Positions 50,568 through 58,071 of a DNA stretch of 58,071 nt are shown here, in pieces. Under the pieces are notes generated by a model. It worked only from the letters and a program-made list of their open reading frames with translations, searched no databases and was not told where the DNA came from. Each line of letters starts with the position of its first letter. Within the stretch, counting starts at the first letter, position 1. The DNA comes from Candidatus Hermodarchaeota archaeon (GTDB lineage Archaea; Asgardarchaeota; Lokiarchaeia; Sigyniarchaeales; SOKP01). Position numbers and translations under genes: made by a program. The stretch covers positions 1 to 58,071 of the forward strand of contig JBHLLG010000016.1 of NCBI GenBank assembly GCA_048885925.1, given 5' to 3'.

Positions 50568-52118
50568 TTATTTATTAAATATTTTACCAGTTTTAGCTGC
50601 TTCTTCTTCACGGAGTGGTTGTTTCATTATCTTTCCAGTAGGTGTTTTAGGTAGATCATCTCTAAATTCCACATATTTTGGAACTTTAAAATCCGCTAGA
50701 TGCTTTTTGCAATAATTAATAAGTTCTTCTTCAGTAATGGATTCTCCCTCTTTCAATACTATAAATGCTTTGGGAAGCTCTCCGTAAATCTTATCTTTTA
50801 CTCCAATAACAGTACCTAACGAAACTGCTGGATGAGAATAAAGTACTTCCTCAATTTCACGGGGATATATATTTTCTCCACCTCGGATTATCATATCTTT
50901 TTTGCGGTCTGTTATGTAGAAAAATCCATCTTCATCCATATAACCAATATCGCCAGTATATAACCAACCTTTTTTAAGAGTTTCGGCGTTTGCTTCTGGA
51001 TTTTTGAAGTATTCTTTCATTATATTATCTCCTTTTATAACTATTTCACCTTTAGTATTCGGAGGTACATCATTGCCATTATCATCAACAATTTTCATAT
51101 CATTCCCTGGTAAAGGTATGCCGATACTACCAATTTTTCGACGGTCTTCTGTTTCAGTAGGTAATGGATTGACTGAAGAAGCGCATGTACCTTCTGTGAG
51201 GCCATAACCTTCTATAACCTTACAATTAAAAGTACTTTCAAATTCCTTAAATACTTCCACAGGTAAAGGAGCAGCTCCACATATAACAAATTCCAATGAA
51301 GAAAGATCCAGATTTTCATGTGGCATCCTAAGTAAGATCGAGAGTACTGTTGGAACACAACTGAAAGTAGATGCCCTATATTTCGCCACAGTTTCCCAGT
51401 GTGTTTGAGCTGAAAATCCTGGTGTTAAAATGCAGCTCGCTCCTATTATAAGGGGCGCCATGACAGTAACTATCTGTGCATTACAATGAAATAGTGGCAA
51501 AATTAACATAAACCGAAAGTGTTCTTTTGCCTTTAAGAAATCTCGTATCATTTCAGCATTTCTCCTGATATTATAATGAGTTTGCAATACACCTTTAGGA
51601 AAACCTGTTGTCCCCGATGTGTATAAAATAGCAGCGGGGTCTTCTTTTTCATTAATAATAACCTCAGGAGGGTCTTCCGGCGATGCCTTTTCCATTAGAT
51701 CGCTAAAACTTAATGCTCCATCTGTAGGTTCCCCTATTACGATCACATGTTTTAAATTAGGGAGATCTCCTTTAATTTGATTAACCAACTCCATGAAATT
51801 CGGGATAGTAACAATAGCTTTAGCTTCTGAATGCCCTACCACAAATTTTACTTCTCTTGGTTTAAATAACGCATTAACAGGACCTGTAACTGCTCCTAGT
51901 TTGGGGATACCTAGGTATAAATACACATATTCAGGCATATTTGGTAAATAAACGCTCACTTTATCTCCTTTTCTGATGCCTAAATCATATAAAAAATTCG
52001 CTACTTTATTCGTTAATTCATTCAGTTGAGAATAGGATATTGTTATATCTTTCCAATATAAAAACACCTTTTCCTTATACCTTTCTGCCTGACTTTCAAC
52101 TAATTCTCTAAGATTCAT
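50568..52118 (-). CDS. Long-chain fatty-acid--CoA ligase
   Basis: YTSGTTGFPKG, EGYGLTE, GWLYTGD and DRKKDMIIRGGENIYPREIE. Confidence 0.94.
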   Translation of the reverse strand: MNLRELVESQAERYKEKVFLYWKDITISYSQLNELTNKVANFLYDLGIRKGDKVSVYLPNMPEYVYLYLGIPKLGAVTGPVNALFKPREVKFVVGHSEAKAIVTIPNFMELVNQIKGDLPNLKHVIVIGEPTDGALSFSDLMEKASPEDPPEVIINEKEDPAAILYTSGTTGFPKGVLQTHYNIRRNAEMIRDFLKAKEHFRFMLILPLFHCNAQIVTVMAPLIIGASCILTPGFSAQTHWETVAKYRASTFSCVPTVLSILLRMPHENLDLSSLEFVICGAAPLPVEVFKEFESTFNCKVIEGYGLTEGTCASSVNPLPTETEDRRKIGSIGIPLPGNDMKIVDDNGNDVPPNTKGEIVIKGDNIMKEYFKNPEANAETLKKGWLYTGDIGYMDEDGFFYITDRKKDMIIRGGENIYPREIEEVLYSHPAVSLGTVIGVKDKIYGELPKAFIVLKEGESITEEELINYCKKHLADFKVPKYVEFRDDLPKTPTGKIMKQPLREEEAAKTGKIFNK

Positions 52119-52132
52119 ATTTATATCATCAT

Positions 52133-52165
52133 TTGTTTAAAACATGTATATATTAGTTTAAACAA
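52133..52165. promoter_or_regulatory. Inverted repeat TTGTTTAAA-N15-TTTAAACAA upstream of an acyl-CoA ligase gene
   Basis: Perfect 9-bp arms starting 15 nt upstream of the ATG at 52118; the AT-rich background weakens significance. Confidence 0.3.
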
Positions 52166-52264
52166 GCAAGAATATATTTTCTATTATATAAATTTTACAT
52201 TATTTTTTAAATTGCTATACAGTAATGTTATTGATTTAGAAGAGTTTAAAAAAAAATAATTTAT

Positions 52265-53140
52265 TCATCTTTTATATTGAAGCATGAAATTAATTAATTC
52301 TGAATTCCTTTTCAGAACCATAAATTGATCCTTTTTTATTTTTTCTTCTGCTAATTTAACAAGTTTTTTATGATCTATATCCCTTTCAGTAAATTCATCT
52401 TGTAGAATAGGTAAAAAATCACAAATTGTATGCAATTCAACAATGATCCCATTATATTTTTTCTTTGCTAAATCAGAGGCAAGAAATACATAAGCTGGAG
52501 AAATGTATTCTGGTGGAACTGTAATTGGCATTTGTTGAGCCCACTTTCTTAAATCTTCTGCAAATTTGGTTTCAACTCCAGCTGGAGTAACCACATTAAT
52601 GTTTATATTATATGGTTTTACTTCTAGGCTCAAACATCTTCCCATTGCGGCAACTGCAGCTTTTGAAGCTGAATAAGCAACTTTTTTTGGGGGGAAATAT
52701 ATATTACCTTGTACTGAAGCGGTCATAACTATGCTTCCACTTTTTTGTTCAATCATTCTAGGTAAAATTTCCTTAAGCATAGCATAATATCCCATTATGT
52801 TAAGATTAAACATTTTTTGAGCCATTTCAATCGGATAGTCAACCACAGAAGCTACTTGTGTCATTCCAGCATTGTTGATTAATATATCAATTGATTTGAA
52901 ATTTTCAAAAAAAATCTTTGCACAATTACTAACTCCTTCTAAAGTTGATAAATCTGCAGGAATCGTAAGTCCTTTAACTTCGAATTTTTCAATATGTTTG
53001 ACAGTTTGATCTAATTCTGTTTTAGTTCGAGCTGTAACGGCAACATTAGCACCATTTCGTGCAAGATCTAATGCAACTTCCCTTCCTATACCTCTCCCTC
53101 CACCAGTTACTAATGCATTTTTTTCTTCTAATAGTTTCAT
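52265..53140 (-). CDS. Short-chain dehydrogenase/reductase
   Basis: TGGGRGIG, NNAG and YSASK. Confidence 0.93.
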   Translation of the reverse strand: MKLLEEKNALVTGGGRGIGREVALDLARNGANVAVTARTKTELDQTVKHIEKFEVKGLTIPADLSTLEGVSNCAKIFFENFKSIDILINNAGMTQVASVVDYPIEMAQKMFNLNIMGYYAMLKEILPRMIEQKSGSIVMTASVQGNIYFPPKKVAYSASKAAVAAMGRCLSLEVKPYNININVVTPAGVETKFAEDLRKWAQQMPITVPPEYISPAYVFLASDLAKKKYNGIIVELHTICDFLPILQDEFTERDIDHKKLVKLAEEKIKKDQFMVLKRNSELINFMLQYKR

Positions 53141-53319
53141 TATTTAACACCTATATTATTATTGATAAAAAATATGAATTTCTCTTTACATAAAAATAAT
53201 TAGACAATCTTAATCTATTATATGAATTTTGATATCTTTTTCCATAATTGAAAAAAATTAAAAGAAAATTTATTTTAATGCTAATCTACATTAATAATTC
53301 ATAATACATAGCTCAATAG

Positions 53320-54231
53320 GTGATAATATTGTCAAAAAAAGATTTATCGAATAAATTAGTAATTAGTGCTGCATTGGCAGGAAATTTCACCACTAAGGAA
53401 AGTAATCCAAATGTACCATATACAGCCGAAGAATTTGGAGATGAAGTTAAAAAGTGTTATGATGCTGGTGCTGCAATTGTTCATATTCATGCAAGAGATC
53501 CAGAAGAAGGAAATCCCGTTCATGATTTAAATCTATTTAGAAATATTCTAGAAAATATAAAATCAAAAGTACCAAATATAATTATTAATCTTAGTACAGC
53601 AGCAGTAAGTGCAAAATCCACTCCAGAAGACAGAATCACACCTGTAAAAAAGTTTAAACCTCCGATAGCTTCATTGAATACAAACAGCATGAATTTTAGT
53701 ATAGGAGATTATAAAGCTGGGAAAGTGTTAAGAGGTGATAAGAATATCTTCAGAAATGATTTTTACACAATTGAAATGTTTGCGAAAGAAATGAAGAAAG
53801 TAGGGACAAAACCAGAAATGGAAATTTATGACTTCGGTGGTCTATATAATATGCTCTTTTTGAATAAACAAGAAACTTTATTCGAGCGTCCTTTGCATTT
53901 TCAAATTGTTTTTGGTGTTTTAGGAGGTATTCCTTTTAGCCCAAATAATTTAGGGCAGTTATTGGGACTGATGCCTGAAGGCTCTACTTGGAGTGTATGT
54001 GGAGTTGCCAAAAATCAATTCCAAGCTGGACTTAGCGCCGCCGTATGGGGAGGTCACATAAGAGTAGGCTTAGAGGATAACACAAGAATTGTTTCTGGTG
54101 AATTAGCTAAGGGATCATGGGAACAAGTTAAATGGGCAGTTAAAGTTGCTAAAATCGCAGGACGAGAAGTTGCAACTCCAGAAGAAGCTAAAAAAATATT
54201 TAATCTCTCTAGAGATGATATCGAGCTATAA
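53320..54231 (+). CDS. Beta-keto acid cleavage enzyme (BKACE/Kce family)
   Basis: NPNVPYT, AGAAIVHIHAR, KPEME, GGHIRVGLEDN and GREVATPEEA. Confidence 0.9.
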   Translation: MIILSKKDLSNKLVISAALAGNFTTKESNPNVPYTAEEFGDEVKKCYDAGAAIVHIHARDPEEGNPVHDLNLFRNILENIKSKVPNIIINLSTAAVSAKSTPEDRITPVKKFKPPIASLNTNSMNFSIGDYKAGKVLRGDKNIFRNDFYTIEMFAKEMKKVGTKPEMEIYDFGGLYNMLFLNKQETLFERPLHFQIVFGVLGGIPFSPNNLGQLLGLMPEGSTWSVCGVAKNQFQAGLSAAVWGGHIRVGLEDNTRIVSGELAKGSWEQVKWAVKVAKIAGREVATPEEAKKIFNLSRDDIEL

Positions 54232-54372
54232 TTTAAGTTAAAATTATTATCTCAAAAGTTAACTTTTCATTTCTTATTTTAGGAGGAATTAAAATAGTCA
54301 TTTATTTAGCTAGATATCAAAATATTAATCTATGCGAAAAATTTAAAAAATAAAAGAAAAATTAGTTAAAAA

Positions 54373-54852
54373 TTAAACTTCTTCCCAATAAAGAATATCC
54401 TTTATTGTTCCTTCTCGTTTATCTTTTGGACGTAAGATTGCTTTAACTTTTAAACCCATTAAATCTCTATCAAAATTGTTAGTATTGATAATACCTAACA
54501 TGCAGCTATTTGTACCACCAACCTCAATAAAGGCAACTACTTTTGGTGTTGCTAATTTTTTACCGTGAGCATTAAGTTTAGCTACAGTAAATAATTTTAC
54601 TGTACCATTAGGTGGTACTTCTTTCCAACTATTATTTGGTATCTCTTCAAAGCAATCTTCACAATACATACGAGGAGGACAATACACTTTGCTACACTTT
54701 GTACATTTACATGCTAAAAATGTATCGTTCTTCAAAAGATGTTTGAAAAATTTATCACCAGCAATTCCGCTCGGATAAAAGTAATCTGCTTGCATATCTC
54801 CACGCCAATGCATTGGAGAGGTTGGATCGGTTTGCTTTTCTAAAAATCCCAT
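54373..54852 (-). CDS. DUF35 protein (cassette C)
   Basis: CTKC...PPRMYCEDC and REGTIKDILY. Confidence 0.9.
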   Translation of the reverse strand: MGFLEKQTDPTSPMHWRGDMQADYFYPSGIAGDKFFKHLLKNDTFLACKCTKCSKVYCPPRMYCEDCFEEIPNNSWKEVPPNGTVKLFTVAKLNAHGKKLATPKVVAFIEVGGTNSCMLGIINTNNFDRDLMGLKVKAILRPKDKREGTIKDILYWEEV

Positions 54853-55391
54853 TAATCTCCACCTCCTTTTAAAGGTTTGAAATACTTTATATCAGTAATT
54901 GAGCCTTCTCTTTCATTCTCAGGTTTCCATACTGCTTTAACCTTCATTCCAATCTTGATTTCTTCTTTGGTCATTTCTCCAAAATAATGCATAAATCCAT
55001 GATGCGGAGGTGTATTATCAAGATCAACTACGCCGACAAGTATTGGTTCTTCGATTCTATTAGCATCAGGATCTAGATACGAAATTGAGAATGTTTCAAT
55101 AATTCCTGTATCTGGTAACTCAATCCATTCCTCAGTGGGACCATAACAATACTCGCAAAACATGCGAGGAGGTACAAGAATTCGCTTACATCGTTTACAA
55201 TGAATTCCATAAATTTTGCCTTCTTTTAAGCCTTGCAAGAACTTGCTCATTGCAGGACCTAAAGACCAACTATATTGAACCTCTGGTTCCCACCACGTAT
55301 AAGTAATTTTCCTATCTTGAATATCGCTCTCTCGAACGTATGTACCCGGAGCATATGGTGGCCATTCTTTATATTCTTTCTTTTTTACCAT
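54852..55391 (-). CDS. DUF35 protein (cassette C)
   Basis: CKRC...PPRMFCEYC and GMKVKAVWK...REGSITDI; start at MVKKK (55391). Confidence 0.9.
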   Translation of the reverse strand: MVKKKEYKEWPPYAPGTYVRESDIQDRKITYTWWEPEVQYSWSLGPAMSKFLQGLKEGKIYGIHCKRCKRILVPPRMFCEYCYGPTEEWIELPDTGIIETFSISYLDPDANRIEEPILVGVVDLDNTPPHHGFMHYFGEMTKEEIKIGMKVKAVWKPENEREGSITDIKYFKPLKGGGD

Positions 55392-55396
55392 TTTCT

Positions 55397-56560
55397 TTAT
55401 CCCCTCCTTAAAATCATTACTGTCCCCATTTGCATGATATCTCCCCACGCTTGTCCAATTCCTATTCTTGGATCTCCTGGAATCTGTCTCTTCCCTGCCA
55501 TACCTTTTAATTGCCAATATAATTCGCAAACTTTTTGTCCCATTGTAGCAGCAATTGGATTTCCAACCCCTAATAAGCCTCCAGAAGGACAAACAGGAAG
55601 ATCTCCATCTCTCTGGGTTACTCCTTCTCGAGTAAGAATTGGTGCTTCTCCTTTCTTACATAATAAAAGACCTTCTAAATGATGTAACTCTTTATATGAA
55701 AATGGATCATAAGGCTCAGCAAAATCAATTTCTTTTCGAGGATTCTCGATTTTAGCCATTTTATATGCCATTTTAGCTGCTTGAGCAACATATCGAGGGA
55801 AATATAAATCTCGATTTGTCCACATAGTACTATCAATACTCCACCCAGTACCAGCTACATAAATCGGATCATCGGTAAATCTATGTACAATGTCTTCATT
55901 ACAAAATATTAATGCTGAAGCACCATCACTAGGTGGGCTAATATCTAATCTATTTACAGGCCAGGCCATTATTTCAGAATTTAAAACATCTTCAACTGTA
56001 ATATTAGGATCTGCTAATTGTGCACATGGATGTCCAACTGCATTTTTCTTATTCTTTACAGAAACTAAGGCAATATCTTCCTTTTTGATACCATGTACAG
56101 TCATATATCGATTCATTTCCATGGCAAAGAGCCATACTAAGTTAGGAGTTAAAGGTCTATCTAAAATAGGATCCCAAATATGTCTAAAAGCTGTTTGTGG
56201 ATGTGGGTAAATATTTCCCATCTTTTCCTCACAAACAACTAGGCATATATCAGCAACACCGGAAGCTACATGCCACCAACCAGCAATAGGAGCAAAAACA
56301 CCTGTTCCTCCTCCATTAAATACTCTCACATATGGTTTTCCAACTCCAGCGGCTCCATCTAAAAGGTTTTCACCTTTCATATGAATTCCATCAAATGCAT
56401 CAGGTGCACTACCCATTACTACCATATCAATATCATCTTTCTCAATACCAGAATCTTCCATAGCCATTTTAGTAGCTAAATAGGAAAGTTCTTTTCCAGT
56501 TTCTAGCAGATGTCTACGAAAAAGTGTCATTCCTCCTCCTATAACAGCAACTTTTTTCAT
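55397..56560 (-). CDS. Ltp3-like thiolase-fold protein (cassette C)
   Basis: GSAPDAFDG, RVFNGGGTG (no Cys), EPYDPF and PSGGLLGVGNPIAA. Confidence 0.87.
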   Translation of the reverse strand: MKKVAVIGGGMTLFRRHLLETGKELSYLATKMAMEDSGIEKDDIDMVVMGSAPDAFDGIHMKGENLLDGAAGVGKPYVRVFNGGGTGVFAPIAGWWHVASGVADICLVVCEEKMGNIYPHPQTAFRHIWDPILDRPLTPNLVWLFAMEMNRYMTVHGIKKEDIALVSVKNKKNAVGHPCAQLADPNITVEDVLNSEIMAWPVNRLDISPPSDGASALIFCNEDIVHRFTDDPIYVAGTGWSIDSTMWTNRDLYFPRYVAQAAKMAYKMAKIENPRKEIDFAEPYDPFSYKELHHLEGLLLCKKGEAPILTREGVTQRDGDLPVCPSGGLLGVGNPIAATMGQKVCELYWQLKGMAGKRQIPGDPRIGIGQAWGDIMQMGTVMILRRG

Positions 56561-56576
56561 TTTTTTTCCCACCTCT

Positions 56577-57824
56577 TTATCCTCTCTTAAATATAGCTAC
56601 AGCTCCGGTCCCTGTAGGAATACCTCTCCAAGATTGAGCAATTCCTACCTCTGCATTCGAAACCTGACGTTTACCAGCATGACCACGAAGCTGTGTAACA
56701 ATTTCTAAAGCTCTTTGCATACCTGTTGCTTCAAGACAATTACCAACCCCTAATGAACCACCAGAAGTGTTTGTTGGATATGAACCCTTAATATCTAATA
56801 CACCTTCGTCGACAAGATGTCCTGCTTCACCTGGTCTAGCAAATCCTAGTGCTTCTAAATGTTGAAGTTCCTTGTATGAAAATCTATCATCAACTTCTAG
56901 CACATCAATTTCTTTCTTAGGTTCAGTAATACCCGCCATTTTATATGCCATTTTTGAGGCAATTTTCGCGTAATCAGCATTCATACCTCTTGTACTAAGC
57001 CATGGAGTTTCCGAGGCATAACCAAATCCAGCTAAGTATATTGGATCAATCCCTAAATTTTTAGCAGTTTTATCATCAGCGAGAACAAAGCATATTGCTC
57101 CATCAACCAAAGGACTGATATCTAATCTTTTTATTGGTTTAAAGAGATATTCAGATTTCATGACATCTTCTATGGTTATTTTAGCTTCATAATCAGCATA
57201 AGGATTAAAGAAAGCATTTTTCTTATTTTTTACAACTACAGAAGCACATTGCTCTTCTGTTGTACCTGTTTTTCTAAGATAATGTTGCATTTCTAAGCCT
57301 GCTAAAAAATATGGATGAATTCTTTCTTTTTCATCTGATCTACCAATTAAATGTTTAGGATTTTCTGGTGGATATTCTGGGCTACCTGCATAATTAGGTC
57401 TCTCTACGGGTCCACTGATAGGTTTTTCGAATCTTGGATCCAACGCATGAAGAACTATATCTCCATAAGTCAACAAATCAGAAGCTTTACTATGTACTTC
57501 AACGGCAACAACGTCAATAAAACCAGTCATAATTTGCATATACGCATTTCCTAATCCCTGGATTCCATCACCGCAAACTGTACATGTAGGTCGTAATAAG
57601 GCTCCAACTTGATCTGGAACAAATTCATCAAAAATTCCAAATCCTTCCCAATAGTCTTCAGCACATGTAATAAAGCTACCTACATCTTTTCTGACATCTA
57701 TTCCTGCATCCATATATGCTTTATCACAAGCCTCATACATTATATCTTTCCATTGTATATCCGGAGTCATTGAATTGAAATTTGTATGACCTATGCCTAT
57801 TACACAAACTCGTCTATCTACCAT
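56577..57824 (-). CDS. Ltp4-like thiolase-fold protein with a Pro-rich insertion (cassette C)
   Basis: EDYWEG, TVCGDG, EVDDRF and NTSGGSLGVGN. Confidence 0.87.
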   Translation of the reverse strand: MVDRRVCVIGIGHTNFNSMTPDIQWKDIMYEACDKAYMDAGIDVRKDVGSFITCAEDYWEGFGIFDEFVPDQVGALLRPTCTVCGDGIQGLGNAYMQIMTGFIDVVAVEVHSKASDLLTYGDIVLHALDPRFEKPISGPVERPNYAGSPEYPPENPKHLIGRSDEKERIHPYFLAGLEMQHYLRKTGTTEEQCASVVVKNKKNAFFNPYADYEAKITIEDVMKSEYLFKPIKRLDISPLVDGAICFVLADDKTAKNLGIDPIYLAGFGYASETPWLSTRGMNADYAKIASKMAYKMAGITEPKKEIDVLEVDDRFSYKELQHLEALGFARPGEAGHLVDEGVLDIKGSYPTNTSGGSLGVGNCLEATGMQRALEIVTQLRGHAGKRQVSNAEVGIAQSWRGIPTGTGAVAIFKRG

Positions 57825-58071
57825 TTTATCATCAATTTTAACTTGTAATTTAAATTTTCAATCTATATTTATTTTTGAATTAAAGTTTTGTTTAGATTTG
57901 ATAATTTATTGTTATGTTTTATCTTGATTAAAAGCTTACTAATTAGACTTAAATAGACTTGTCAGTATGAATGGGAAAAAAATCCACCTTAATTGAAAAG
58001 AAAATTTAAAATCTTAAGAAAATTGTCTTATTTATTATGGATACAAGACTCCCAGAATTTCCAAAACTCGA

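Noticed and set aside
55392-55592. N-terminal ORF extensions here and at 23623, 34910, 48128 and 5174
   Set aside because: They overlap upstream genes or precede better starts that have ribosome-binding sites.
1381-57554. Many short antisense ORFs (e.g. 1381-1605, 2014-2250, 17015-17302, 25996-26268, 43046-43390, 55890-56210, 57351-57554)
   Set aside because: Shadows of well-supported genes, with no recognisable motifs.
1-58071. tRNA, rRNA, CRISPR arrays, transposases, selenoproteins
   Set aside because: No GC-rich structured RNA, repeat-spacer periodicity, transposase ORF or TGA-split gene was seen by eye; a covariance-model scan was not possible.

Overview
AT-rich, gene-dense archaeal window. 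The lineage is most consistent with Lokiarchaeia (Asgard), inferred from Alba, archaeal-type CdhB/CdhC, a C-terminal LRR protein and strongly expanded acyl-CoA catabolism. No tRNA, rRNA, CRISPR array or transposase was recognised. Top finding: the acetyl-CoA synthase beta-subunit gene cdhC (1350-2819, minus strand) is interrupted by a 30-nt insert (1810-1839). The insert carries an in-frame TAG and folds into a bulge-helix-bulge (BHB) motif. Canonical splicing-endonuclease cuts rejoin the frame and give GGG-K-QMPGF, so this is a candidate BHB mRNA intron in a central-metabolism gene. Second: a three-gene cluster (15522-21705) encodes a dCache-HAMP-TPR-vWA receptor, an output-less dCache-HAMP receptor, and a beta-propeller/appendage/Zn-ribbon protein whose domain order resembles BBSome/coat subunits. 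Third: a lipid-catabolic region holds seven thiolase-fold proteins lacking the nucleophilic Cys and seven DUF35 proteins. These form three Ltp3/Ltp4-like cassettes plus one thiolase-DUF35-SCP2 operon, among acyl-CoA ligases, crotonases, an acyl-CoA dehydrogenase and FadH. All family calls come from motif recognition by eye, not database searches.
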